From contig JBHGNT010000043.1 of the NCBI GenBank assembly GCA_043228905.1, positions 148,410 to 212,409 on the forward strand: DNA of 64,000 bases, in the 5' to 3' direction. The translations under genes and the position numbers were made by a program. Position 1 is the stretch's first letter; each line of letters starts with the position of its first letter. Under the pieces are notes generated by a model. It saw only the letters and a list, made by a program, of their open reading frames with translations, was not told where the DNA came from and did not search any database. This document shows, piece after piece, positions 28,853 to 43,350 of this stretch. The stretch is from Azolla caroliniana. Its lineage: Eukaryota; Plantae; Polypodiophyta.

Positions 28853-31800
28853 TTAATTTAGCTACTAGCTCTTCTCAACCACCTCCTCAAATTTGGTGAT
28901 TTCTTCATGTCTCTCGACCTGACTTTCAAAATCTTGATTTTTTAATTCTATATCATAGCTAGCGTTGTTAGCTTCGATTCGCATGTTTGAACACAAAAAT
29001 CCGATATCACACGAGCCACGTATGAACATTTTAATTTACTCACGCGCTCTTCTCAACTCCCTCCTCAAATTTGCTAATTTCGTCATGTATCTCTACCTGA
29101 GTTTCAAAATCTTGATTTTTTAATTCCATATCATAGCTAGCGTTGTTAGCTTCGATTTGCTTGTTTGAACACAGAAATCCGATATCACACGAGCCAGGTA
29201 TCAACATTTTAATTTAGCTACTAGCTCTTCTCAACCACCTCCTCAAATTTGGTAATTTCGTCATGTCTCTCGACCTGAGTTTCAAAATCTTCATTTTTTA
29301 ATTCCATATCATAGCTAGCGTTGTTAGCTTCGATTTGCATGTTTGAACACAGAAATTCGATATCACACGAGCCACGTATGAACATTTTAATTTAGCTACT
29401 AGCTCTTTTGAACTCCCTCCTCAAATTTGGTAATTTCTTCATGTCTCTCGACCTGAGTTTCAAAATCTTGATTTTTTAATTCTATATCATAGCTAGCGTT
29501 GTTAGCTTCGATTCGCATGTTTGAACACAAAAATCCGATATCACACGAGCCACGTATGAACATTTTAATTTACTCACGCGCTCTTCTCAACTCCCTCCTC
29601 AAATTTGCTAATTTCGTCATGTATCTCTACCTGAGTTTCAAAATCTTGATTTTTTAATTCCATATCATAGCTAGCGTTGGTAGCTTCGATTTGCTTGTTT
29701 GAACACAGAAATCCGATATCACACGAGCCAGGTATCAACATTTTAATTTAGCTACTAGCTCTTCTCAACAACCTCCTCAAATTTGGTAATTTCCTCATGT
29801 CTCTCGACCTGAGTTTCAAAATCTTCATTTTTTAATTCCATATCATAGCTAGCGTTGTTAGCTTCGATTTGCATGTTTGAACACAGAAATTCGATATCAC
29901 ACGAGCCACGTATGAACATTTTAATTTAGCTACTAGCTCTTTTGAACTCCCTCCTCAAATTTGGTAATTTCTTCATGTCTCTCGACCTGAGTTTCAAAAT
30001 CTTGATTTTTTAATTCTATATCATAGCTAGCGTTGTTAGCTTCGATTCGCATGTTTGAACACAAAAATCCGTATCACACGAGCCACGTATGAACATTTTA
30101 ATTTAGCTACTAGCTCTTCTCAACCACCTCCTCAAATTTGGTAATTTCGTCATGTCTCTCGACCTGAGTTTCAAATTCTTGATTTTTTAAATCCATATCA
30201 TAGCTAGCGTTGTTAGCTTCGATTCGGAGGTTTGAACACTAAAATCCGATATCACACGAGCCACATATGAACATTTTAATTTAGCTACTAGCTCTTCTGA
30301 ACCACCTCCTCAAATTTGGTAATTTCTTCATGTCTCTCGATCTGAGTTTCAAAATCTTGATTTTTTAATTCTATATCATAGCTAGCGTTGTTAGCTTCGA
30401 TTCGCATGTTTGAACACAAAAATCCGATATCACACGAGCCACGTATGAAAATTTTAATTTGGCTACTAGCTCTTCTCAACCACCTCCTCAAATTTGGTAA
30501 TTTCGTCATGTCTCTCGACCTGAGATTCAAAATCTTGATTTTTTAATTCTATATCATAGCTAGCGTTGTTAGCTTCGATTCGGAGGTTTGAACACTAAAA
30601 TCCGATATGACACGAGCCACATATGAACATTTTAATTTACTCACGCGCTCTTCTCAACCACCTCCTCAAATTTGGTAATTTCGTCATGTCTCTCGACCTG
30701 AGTTTCAAAATCTTGATTTTTTAATTCCATATCATAGCTAGCGTTGTTAGTTTCGATTTGCTTGTTTGAACACAAAAATCCGATATCACACGAGCCACGT
30801 ATGAACATTTTAATTTAGCTACTAGCTCTTCTCAACCACCTCCTCAAATTTGGTAATTTCTTCATGTCTCTCGACCTGAGTTTCAAAATCTTGATTCTTT
30901 AATTCGATATCATAGCTAGCTTTGTTAGCTTCGATTCGCATGTTTGAACACAAAAATCCGATATCACACGAGCCACGTATGAACATTTTAATTTAGCTAC
31001 TAGCTCTTCTCAACCACCTCCTCAAATTTGGTAATTTCGTCATGTCTGTCGACCTGAGTTTCAAAATCTTGATTCTTTAATTCGATATCATAGCTAGCGT
31101 TGTTAGCTTCGATTCGGAGGTTTGAACACTAAAATCCGATATCACACGAGCCACATATGAACATTTTAATTTACTCACGCGCTCTTCTCAACCACCTCCT
31201 CAAATTTGGTAATTTCGTCATGTCTCTCGACCTGAGTTTCAAAATCTCTATTTTTTAATTCCATATCATAGCTAGCGTTGTTAATTTAGCTACTAGCTCT
31301 TCTCAACCACCTCCTCAAATTTGGTAATTTCTTCATGTCTCTCGACCTGACTTTCAAAATCTTGATTTTTTAATTCTATATCATAGCTAGCGTTGTTAGC
31401 TTCGATTCGCATGTTTGAACACAAAAATCCGATATCACACGAGCCACGTATGAACATTTTAATTTACTCACGCGCTCTTCTCAACTCCCTCCTCAAATTT
31501 GCTAATTTCGTCATGTATCTCTACCTGAGTTTCAAAATCTTGATTTTTTAATTCCATATCATAGCTAGCGTTGTTAGCTTCGATTTGCTTGTTTGAACAC
31601 AGAAATCCGATATCACACGAGCCAGGTATCAACATTTTAATTTAGCTACTAGCTCTTCTCAACCACCTCCTCAAATTTGGTAATTTCGTCATGTCTCTCG
31701 ACCTGAGTTTCAAAATCTTCATTTTTTAATTCCATATCATAGCTAGCGTTGTTAGCTTCGATTTGCATGTTTGAACACAGAAATTCGATATCACACGAGC

Positions 31801-33711
31801 CACGTATGAACATTTTAATTTAGCTACTAGCTCTTTTGAACTCCCTCCTCAAATTTGGTAATTTCTTCATGTCTCTCGACCTGAGTTTCAAAATCTTGAT
31901 TTTTTAATTCTATATCATAGCTAGCGTTGTTAGCTTCGATTCGCATGTTTGAACACAAAAATCCGATATCACACGAGCCACGTATGAACATTTTAATTTA
32001 CTCACGCGCTCTTCTCAACTCCCTCCTCAAATTTGCTAATTTCGTCATGTATCTCTACCTGAGTTTCAAAATCTTGATTTTTTAATTCCATATCATAGCT
32101 AGCGTTGTTAGCTTCGATTTGCTTGTTTGAACACAGAAATCCGATATCACACGAGCCAGGTATCAACATTTTAATTTAGCTACTAGCTCTTCTCAACAAC
32201 CTCCTCAAATTTGGTAATTTCCTCATGTCTCTCGACCTGAGTTTCAAAATCTTCATTTTTTAATTCCATATCATAGCTAGCGTTGTTAGCTTCGATTTGC
32301 ATGTTTGAACACAGAAATTCGATATCACACGAGCCACGTATGAACATTTTAATTTAGCTACTAGCTCTTTTGAACTCCCTCCTCAAATTTGGTAATTTCT
32401 TCATGTCTCTCGACCTGAGTTTCAAAATCTTGATTTTTTAATTCTATATCATAGCTAGCGTTGTTAGCTTCGATTCGCATGTTTGAACACAAAAATCCGT
32501 ATCACACGAGCCACGTATGAACATTTTAATTTAGCTACTAGCTCTTCTCAACCACCTCCTCAAATTTGGTAATTTCGTCATGTCTCTCGACCTGAGTTTC
32601 AAATTCTTGATTTTTTAAATCCATATCATAGCTAGCGTTGTTAGCTTCGATTCGGAGGTTTGAACACTAAAATCCGATATCACACGAGCCACATATGAAC
32701 ATTTTAATTTAGCTACTAGCTCTTCTGAACCACCTCCTCAAATTTGGTAATTTCTTCATGTCTCTCGATCTGAGTTTCAAAATCTTGATTTTTTAATTCT
32801 ATATCATAGCTAGCGTTGTTAGCTTCGATTCGCATGTTTGAACACAAAAATCCGATATCACACGAGCCACGTATGAAAATTTTAATTTGGCTACTAGCTC
32901 TTCTCAACCACCTCCTCAAATTTGGTAATTTCGTCATGTCTCTCGACCTGAGATTCAAAATCTTGATTTTTTAATTCTATATCATAGCTAGCGTTGTTAG
33001 CTTCGATTCGGAGGTTTGAACACTAAAATCCGATATGACACGAGCCACATATGAACATTTTAATTTACTCACGCGCTCTTCTCAACCACCTCCTCAAATT
33101 TGGTAATTTCGTCATGTCTCTCGACCTGAGTTTCAAAATCTTGATTTTTTAATTCCATATCATAGCTAGCGTTGTTAGTTTCGATTTGCTTGTTTGAACA
33201 CAAAAATCCGATATCACACGAGCCACGTATGAACATTTTAATTTAGCTACTAGCTCTTCTCAACCACCTCCTCAAATTTGGTAATTTCTTCATGTCTCTC
33301 GACCTGAGTTTCAAAATCTTGATTCTTTAATTCGATATCATAGCTAGCTTTGTTAGCTTCGATTCGCATGTTTGAACACAAAAATCCGATATCACACGAG
33401 CCACGTATGAACATTTTAATTTAGCTACTAGCTCTTCTCAACCACCTCCTCAAATTTGGTAATTTCGTCATGTCTGTCGACCTGAGTTTCAAAATCTTGA
33501 TTCTTTAATTCGATATCATAGCTAGCGTTGTTAGCTTCGATTCGGAGGTTTGAACACTAAAATCCGATATCACACGAGCCACATATGAACATTTTAATTT
33601 ACTCACGCGCTCTTCTCAACCACCTCCTCAAATTTGGTAATTTCGTCATGTCTCTCGACCTGAGTTTCAAAATCTCTATTTTTTAATTCCATATCATAGC
33701 TAGCGTTGTTA
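28853..33711 (+). repeat. Out-of-register tandem duplication of 2428 bp (28853-31280 / 31281-33708)
   Basis: Private markers (TTCTGAACC, CTCGATCTG, GAGATTC, CTGTCGAC, AATCTCTA) recur at +2428. The junction GCGTTG-TTA-ATTTAGC at 31281 skips 63 bp of monomer. Confidence 0.92.
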
Positions 33712-35099
33712 GTTTCGATTTGCTTGTTTGAACACAAAAATCCGTATCACACGAGCCACGTATGAACATTTTAATTTAGCTACTAGGTCTTCTCAACCAC
33801 CTCCTCAAATTTGGTAATTTCGTCATGTCTCTCGACCTGAGTTTCAAAATCTTGATTTTTTAAATCCATATCATAGCTAGCGTTGTTAGCTTCGATTCGG
33901 AGGTTTGAACACTAAAATCCGATATCACACGAGCCACATATGAACATTTTAATTTAGCTACTAGCTCTTCTGAACCACCTCCTCAAATTTGGTAATTTCT
34001 TCATGTCTCTCGACCTGAGTTTCAAAATCTTGATTTTTTAATTCTATATCATAGCTAGCGTTGTTAGCTTCGATTCGCATGTTTGAACACAAAAATCCGA
34101 TATCACACGAGCCAGGTATCAACATTTTAATTTAGCTACTAGCTCTTCTCAACCACCTCCTCAAATTTGGTAATTTCTTCATGTCTCTTGACCTGAGTTT
34201 CAAAATCTTGGTTTTTTAATTCTATATCATAGCTAGCGTTGTTAGCTTCGATTCGGAGGTTTGAACACTAAAATCCGATATCACACGAGCCACATATGAA
34301 CATTTTAATTTACTCACGCGCTCTTCTCAACCACCTCCTCAAATTTGGTAATTTCGTCATGTCTCTCGACCTGAGTTTCAAAATCTTGATTTTTTAATTC
34401 CATATCATAGGTAGCGTTGTTAGTTTCGATTCGCATGTTTGAACACAAAAATCAGATATCACACGAGCCACGTATGAAAATTTTAATTTGGCTACTAGCT
34501 CTTCTCAACCACCTCCTCAAATTTAGTAATTTCGTCATGTCTCTCGACCTGAGTTTCAAAATCTTGATTTTTTAATTCTATATCATAGCTAGCGTTGTTA
34601 GCTTCGATTCGGAGGTTTGAACACTAAAATCCGATATCACACGAGCCACATATGAACATTTTAATTTACTCACGCGCTCTTCTCAACCACCTCCTCAAAT
34701 TTGGTAATTTCGTCATGTCTCTCGACCTGAGTTTCAAAATCTTGATTTTTTAATTCCATATCATAGCTAGCGTTGTTAGTTTCGATTTGCTTGTTTGAAC
34801 ATAAAAATCCGATATCACACGAGCCACGTATGAACATTTTAATTTAGCTACTAGCTCTTCTCAACCACCTCCTCAAATTTGGTAATTTCTTCATGTCTCT
34901 CGACCTGAGTTTCAAAATCTTGATTTTTTAATTCTATATCATAGCTAGCGTTGTTAGCTTCGATTCGCATGTTTGAACACAAAAATCCGATATCACACGA
35001 GCCACGTATGAACATTTTAATTGACTCACGCGCTCTTCTCAACTCCCTCCTCAAATTTGCTAATTTCGTCATGTCTCTCGACCTGAGTTTCAAAATCTT

Positions 35100-37900
35100 G
35101 ATTTTCTAAATCCATATCATAGCTAGCGTTGTTAGCTTCGATTCGGAGGTTTGAACACTAAAATCCGACATTACACGAGCCACATATGAATATTTTAATT
35201 TACTCACGCGCTCTTCTCAACCACCTCCTCAAATTTGGTAATTTCGTCGTGTCTCTCGACCTGAGTTTCAAGATCTTGATTTTTTAATTCTATATCATAG
35301 CTAGCGTTGTTAGCTTCGATTCGCATGTTTGAACACAAAAATCCGATATCACACGAGCCACGTATGAACATTTTAATTTACTCACGCGCTCTTCTCAACT
35401 CCCTCCTCAAATTTGCTACTTTCGTCATGTCTCTCGACCTGAGTTTCAAAATCTTGATTTTTTAATTCCATATCATAACTAGCGTTGTTAGCTTCGATTT
35501 GCTTGTTTGAACACAAAAATCCGATATCACACGAGCCACGTATGAACATTTTAATTTAGCTACTAGCTCTTCTCAACCACCTCCTCAAATTCGGTAATTT
35601 CTTCATGTCTCTCGACCTGAGTTTCAAAATCTTGATTTTTTAATTTTATATCATAGCTAGCGTTGTTAGCTTCGATTCGCATATTTGAACACAAAAATCC
35701 GATATCACACGAGCCACGTATGAACATTTTAATTTACTCACGCGCTCTTCTCAACTCCCTCCTCAAATTTGCTAAATTCGTCATGTCTCTCTACCTGAGT
35801 TTCAAAATCTTGATTTTCTAATTGCATGTCATGGCTAGCGTTTTTAGTTTCGATTTGCAAGTTTGAACACAAAAATCCGATATCACACGAGCCACGTATG
35901 AACATTTTAATATAGCTACTAGCTCTTCTCAACCACCTCCTCAAATTTGGTAATTTCGTCATGTCTCTCGACCTGAGTTTCAAAATCTTGATTTTTTAAA
36001 TCCATATCATAGCTAGCGTTGTTAGCTTCGATTCGGAGGTTTGAACACTAAAATCCGATATCACACGAGCCACATATGAACATTTTAATTTACTCACGCG
36101 CTCTTCTCAACCACCTCCTCAAATTTGGTAATTTCGTCGTGTCTCTCGACCTGAGTTTCAAGATCTTGATTTTTTAATTCTATATCATAGCTAGCGTTGT
36201 TAGCTTCGATTCGCATGTTTGAACACAAAAATCCGATATCACACGAGCCACGTATGAACATTTTAATTTACTCACGCGCTCTTCTCAACCACCTCCTCAA
36301 ATTTGGTAATTTCGTCATGTCTCTCGACCTGAGTTTCAAAATCTTGATTTTTTAATTCCATATCATAGCTAGCGTTGTTAGTTTCGATTTGCTTGTTTGA
36401 ACACAAAAATCCGATATCACACGAGCCACGTATGAACATTTTAATTTAGCTACTAGCTCTTCTCAACCACCTCCTCAAATTTGGTAATTTCGTCATGTCT
36501 CTCGACCTGAGTGTCAAAATCTTGATTTTTTAAATCCATATCATAGCTAGCGTTGTTAGCTTCGATTCGGAGGTTTGAACACTAAAATCCGACATTACAC
36601 AAGCCACATATGAATATTTTAATTTACTCACGCGCTCATCTAAACCACCTCCCCAAATTTGGTAATTTCGTCATGTCTCTCGACCTGAGTTTCAAAATCT
36701 TGATTTTCTAAATCCATATCATAGCTAGCGTTGTTAGCTTCGATTCGGAGGTTTGAACACTAAAATCCGACATTACACGAGCCACATATGAATATTTTAA
36801 TTTACTCACGCGCTCTTCTCAACCACCTCCTCAAATTTGGTAATTTCGTCATGTCTCTCGACCTGAGTGTCAAAATCTTGATTTTTTAAATCCATATCAT
36901 AGCTAGCGTTGTTAGCTTCGATTCGGAGGTTTGAACACTAAAATCCGACATTACACAAGCCACATATGAATATTTTAATTTACTCACGCGCTCATCTAAA
37001 CCACCTCCCCAAATTTGGTAATTTCGTCATGTCTCTCGACCTGAGTTTCAAAATCTTGATTTTCTAAATCCATATCATAGCTAGCGTTGTTAGCTTCGAT
37101 TCGGAGGTTTGAACACTAAAATCCGACATTACACGAGCCACATATGAATATTTTAATTTACTCACGCGCTCTTCTCAACCACCTCCTCAAATTTGGTAAT
37201 TTCGTCGTGTCTCTCGACCTGAGTTTCAAGATCTTGATTTTTTAATTCTATATCATAGCTAGCGTTGTTAGCTTCGATTCGCATGTTTGAACACAAAAAT
37301 CCGATATCACACGAGCCACGTATGAACATTTTAATTTACTCACGCGCTCTTCTCAACTCCCTCCTCAAATTTGCTACTTTCGTCATGTCTCTCGACCTGA
37401 GTTTCAAAATCTTGATTTTTTAATTCCATATCATAACTAGCGTTGTTAGCTTCGATTTGCTTGTTTGAACACAAAAATCCGATATCACACGAGCCACGTA
37501 TGAACATTTTAATTTAGCTACTAGCTCTTCTCAACCACCTCCTCAAATTCGGTAATTTCTTCATGTCTCTCGACCTGAGTTTCAAAATCTTGATTTTTTA
37601 ATTTTATATCATAGCTAGCGTTGTTAGCTTCGATTCGCATATTTGAACACAAAAATCCGATATCACACGAGCCACGTATGAACATTTTAATTTACTCACG
37701 CGCTCTTCTCAACTCCCTCCTCAAATTTGCTAAATTCGTCATGTCTCTCTACCTGAGTTTCAAAATCTTGATTTTCTAATTGCATGTCATGGCTAGCGTT
37801 TTTAGTTTCGATTTGCAAGTTTGAACACAAAAATCCGATATCACACGAGCCACGTATGAACATTTTAATATAGCTACTAGCTCTTCTCAACCACCTCCTC
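35100..37900 (+). repeat. 11-monomer (1958 bp) offset duplication with an internal 2-monomer (356 bp) duplication
   Basis: AAATTCGGTA, GCTACTTTCG and ATAACTAG recur at +1958 (ORFs 35738/37696). GCTCATCTAAACC occurs at ~36634 and ~36990. Confidence 0.78.
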
Positions 37901-39279
37901 AAATTTGGTAATTTCTTCATGTCTCTCGACCTGAGTTTCAAAATCTTGATTTTTTAATTCTATATCATAGCTAGCGTTGTTAGCTTCGATTCGGAGGTTT
38001 GAACACTAAAATCCGACATTACACGAGCCACATATGAATATTTTAATTTACTCACGCGCTGTTCTCAACTCCCTCCTCAAATTTGCTAATTTCGTCATGT
38101 CTCTCTACCTGAGTTTCAAAATCTTGATTTTTTAATTCCATATCATAGGTAGCGTTGTTAGTTTCGATTTGCATGTTTGAACACAAAAATCCGATATCAC
38201 ACGAGCCACGTATGAAAATTTTAATTTGGCTACTACCTCTTCTCAACCACCTCCTCAAATTTGGTAATTTCGTCGTGTCTCTCGACCTGAGTTTCAAGAT
38301 CTTGATTTTTTAATTCTATATCATAGCTAGCGTTGTTAGCTTCGATTCGCATGTTTGAACACAAAAATCCGATATCACACGAGCCACGTATGAACATTTT
38401 AATTTACTCACGCGCTCTTCTCAACTCCCTCCTCAAATTTGCTACTTTCGTCATGTCTCTCGACCTGAGTTTCAAAATCTTGATTTTTTAATTTCATATC
38501 ATAACTAGCGTTGTTAGCTTCGATTTGCTGGTTTGAACACAAAAATCCGATATCACACGAGCCACGTATGAACATTTTAATTTAGCTACTAGCTCTTCTC
38601 AACCACCTCCTCAAATTTGGTAATTTCGTCATGTCTCTCGACCTGAGTTTCAAAATCTTGATTTTTTAATTTTATATCATAGCTAGCGTTGTTAGCTTCG
38701 ATTCGCATATTTGAACACAAAAATCCGATATCACACGAGCCACGTATGAACATTTTAATTTACTCACGCGCTCTTCTCAACTCCCTCCTCAAATTTGCTA
38801 AATTCGTCATGTCTCTCTACCTGAGTTTCAAAATCTTGATTTTCTAATTGCATGTCATGGCTAGCGTTTTTAGTTTCGATTTGCAAGTTTGAACACAAAA
38901 ATCCGATATCACACGAGCCACGTATGAACATTTTAATATAGCTACTAGCTCTTCTCAACCACCTCCTCAAATTTGGTAATTTCGTCATGTCTCTCGACCT
39001 GAGTTTCAAAATCTTGATTTTTTAAATCCATATCATAGCTAGCGTTGTTAGCTTCGATTCGGAGGTTTGAACACTAAAATCCGATATCACACGAGCCACA
39101 TATGAACATTTTAATTTACTCACGCGCTCTTCTCAACCACCTCCTCAAATTTGGTAATTTCGTCGTGTCTCTCGACCTGAGTTTCAAGATCTTGATTTTT
39201 TAATTCTATATCATAGCTAGCGTTGTTAGCTTCGATTCGCATGTTTGAACACAAAAATCCGATATCACACGAGCCACGT

Positions 39280-42200
39280 ATGAACATTTTAATTTACTCA
39301 CGCGCTCTTCTCAACTCCCTCCTCAAATTTGCTAATTTCGTCATGTCTCTCGACCTGAGTTTCAAAATCTTGATTTTTTAATTCTATATCATAGATAGCG
39401 TTGTTAGCTTCGATTCGCATGTTTGAACACAAAAATCCGATATCACACGAGCCAGGTATCAACATTTTAATTTAGCTACTAGCTCTTCTCAACCACCTCC
39501 TCAAATTTGGTAATTTCGTCATGTCTCTCGACCTGAGTTTCAAAATCTTGATTTTTTAAATCCATATCATAGCTAGCGTTGTTAGCTTCAATTCGGAGGT
39601 TTGAACACTAAAATCCGACATTACACGAGCCACATATGAATATTTTAATTTACTCACGCGCTCTTCTCAACTCCCTCCTCAAATTTGCTAATTTCGTCAT
39701 GTCTCTCTACCTGAGTTTCAAAATCTTGATTTTTTAATTCCATATCATAGCTAGCGTTGTTAGTTTCGATTTGCATGTTTGAACACAAAAATCCGATATC
39801 ACACGAGCCACGTATGAACATTTTAATTTAGCTACTAGCTCTTCTCAACCACCTCCTCAAATTTGGTAATTTCTTCATGTCTCTCGACCTGAGTTTCAAA
39901 ATCTTGATTTTTTAATTCTATATCATAGCTAGCGTTGTTAGTTTCGATTTGCATGTTTGAACACAAAAATCCGATATCACACGAGCCACGTATGAACATT
40001 TTAATTTAGCTACTAGCTCTTCTCAACCACCTCCTCAAATTTGGTAATTTCTTCATGTCTCTCGACCTGAGTTTCAAAATCTTGATTTTTTAATTCTATA
40101 TCATAGCTAGCGTTGTTAGTTTCGATTTGCATGTTTGAACACAAAAATCCGATATCACACGAGCCACGTATGAACATTTTAATTTAGCTACTAGCTCTTC
40201 TCAACCACCTCCTCAAATTTGGTAATTTCTTCATGTCTCTCGACCTGAGTTTCAAAATCTTGATTTTTTAATTTTATATCATAGCTAGCGTTGTTAGCTT
40301 CGATTCGGAGGTTTGAACACAAAAATCCGATATCACACGAGCCACATATGAATATTTTAATTTACTCACGCGCTCTTCTCAACCACCTCCCCAAATTTGG
40401 TAATTTCGTCATGTCTCTCGACCTGAGTTTCAAAATCTTGATTTTTTAAATCCATATCATAGCTAGCGTTGTTAGCTTCGATTCGGAGGTTTGAACACTA
40501 AAATCCGACATTACACGAGCCACATATGAATATTTTAATTTACTCACGCGCTCTTCTCAACTCCCTCCTCAAATTTGCTAATTTCGTCATGTCTCTCTAC
40601 CTGAGTTTCAAAATCTTGATTTTTTAATTCCATATCATAGCTAGCGTTGTTAGTTTCGATTTGCATGTTTGAACACAAAAATCCGATATCACACGAGCCA
40701 CGTATGAACATTTTAATTTAGCTACTAGCTCTTCTCAACCACCTCCTCAAATTTGGTAATTTCTTCATGTCTCTCGACCTGAGTTTCAAAATCTTGATTT
40801 TTTAATTCTATATCATAGCTAGCGTTGTTAGTTTCGATTGGCATGTTTGAACACAAAAATCCGATATCACACGAGCCACGTATGAAACTTTTAATTTACT
40901 CACGCGCTCTTCTCAACTCCCTCCTCAAATTTGCTAATTTCGTCATGTCTCTCTACCTGAGTTTCAAAATCTTGATTTTCTAATTGCATATCATGGCTAG
41001 CGTTTTTAGTTTCGATTTGCAAGTTTGAACACAAAAATCCGATATCACACGAGCCACGTATGAACATTTTAATATAGCTACTAGCTCTTCTCAACCACCT
41101 CCTCAAATTTGGTAATTTCGTCATGTCTCTCGACCTGAGTGTCAAAATCTTGATTTTTTAAATCCATATCATAGCTAGCGTTGTTAGCTTCGATTCGGAG
41201 GTTTGAACACTAAAATCCGATATCACACGAGCCACATATGAATATTTTAATTTACTCACGCGCTCTTCTAAACCACCTCCCCAAATTTGGTAATTTCGTC
41301 ATGTCTCTCGACCTGAGTTTCAAAATCTTGATTTTCTAAATCCATATCATAGCTAGCGTTGTTAGCTTCGATTCGGAGGTTTGAACACTAAAATCCGACA
41401 TTACACAAGCCACATATGAATATTTTAATTTACTCACGCGCTCTTCTCAACCACGTCCCCAAATTTGGTAATTTCGTCATGTCTCTCGACCTGAGTTTCA
41501 AAATCTTGATTTTTTAAATCCATATCATAGCTAGCGTTGTTAGCTTCGATTCGGAGGTTTGAACACTAAAATCCGACATTACACGAGCCACGTATGAACA
41601 TTTTAATTTACTCACGCGCTCTTCTCAACTCCCTCCTCAAATTTGCTAATTTCGTCATGTCTCTCGACCTGAGTTTCAAAATCTTGATTTTTTAATTCTA
41701 TATCATAGATAGCGTTGTTAGCTTCGATTCGCATGTTTGAACACAAAAATCCGATATCACACGAGCCAGGTATCAACATTTTAATTTAGCTACTAGCTCT
41801 TCTCAACCACCTCCTCAAATTTGGTAATTTCGTCATGTCTCTCGACCTGAGTTTCAAAATCTTGATTTTTTAAATCCATATCATAGCTAGCGTTGTTAGC
41901 TTCAATTCGGAGGTTTGAACACTAAAATCCGACATTACACGAGCCACATATGAATATTTTAATTTACTCACGCGCTCTTCTCAACTCCCTCCTCAAATTT
42001 GCTAATTTCGTCATGTCTCTCTACCTGAGTTTCAAAATCTTGATTTTTTAATTCCATATCATAGCTAGCGTTGTTAGTTTCGATTTGCATGTTTGAACAC
42101 AAAAATCCGATATCACACGAGCCACGTATGAACATTTTAATTTAGCTACTAGCTCTTCTCAACCACCTCCTCAAATTTGGTAATTTCTTCATGTCTCTCG

Positions 42201-43350
42201 ACCTGAGTTTCAAAATCTTCATTTTTTAATTCTATATCATAGCTAGCGTTGTTAGTTTCGATTTGCATGTTTGAACACAAAAATCCGATATCACACGAGC
42301 CACGTATGAACATTTTAATTTAGCTACTAGCTCTTCTCAACCACCTCCTCAAATTTGGTAATTTCTTCATGTCTCTCGACCTGAGTTTCAAAATCTTGAT
42401 TTTTTAATTTTATATCATAGCTAGCGTTGTTAGCTTCGATTCGGAGGTTTGAACACAAAAATCCGATATCACACGAGCCACATATGAATATTTTAATTTA
42501 CTCACGCGCTCTTCTCAACCACCTCCCCAAATTTGGTAATTTCGTCATGTCTCTCGACCTGAGTTTCAAAATCTTGATTTTTTAAATCCATATCATAGCT
42601 AGCGTTGTTAGCTTCGATTCGGAGGTTTGAACACTAAAATCCGACATTACACGAGCCACATATGAATATTTTAATTTACTCACGCGCTCTTCTCAACTCC
42701 CTCCTCAAATTTGCTAATTTCGTCATGTCTCTCTACCTGAGTTTCAAAATCTTGATTTTTTAATTCCATATCATAGCTAGCGTTGTTAGTTTCGATTTGC
42801 ATGTTTGAACACAAAAATCCGATATCACACGAGCCACGTATGAACATTTTAATTTAGCTACTAGCTCTTCTCAACCACCTCCTCAAATTTGGTAATTTCT
42901 TCATGTCTCTCGACCTGAGTTTCAAAATCTTGATTTTTTAATTCTATATCATAGCTAGCGTTGTTAGTTTCGATTGGCATGTTTGAACACAAAAATCCGA
43001 TATCACACGAGCCACGTATGAACATTTTAATTTACTCACGCGCTCTTCTCAACTCCCTCCTCAAATTTGCTAATTTCGTCATGTCTCTCTACCTGAGTTT
43101 CAAAATCTTGATTTTCTAATTGCATATCATGGCTAGCGTTTTTAGTTTCGATTTGCAAGTTTGAACACAAAAATCCGATATCACACGAGCCACGTATGAA
43201 CATTTTAATATAGCTACTAGCTCTTCTCAACCACCTCCTCAAATTTGGTAATTTCGTCATGTCTCTCGACCTGAGTGTCAAAATCTTGATTTTTTAAATC
43301 CATATCATAGCTAGCGTTGTTAGCTTCGATTCGGAGGTTTGAACACTAAA
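39280..43350 (+). repeat. 12/13-monomer duplication with a one-monomer copy difference
   Basis: ATAGATAGCG at 39391/41705 is offset 2314 (13 monomers). Downstream markers are offset 2136 (ORFs 40900/43036), consistent with one extra monomer near 39.9-40.2 kb. Confidence 0.7.
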
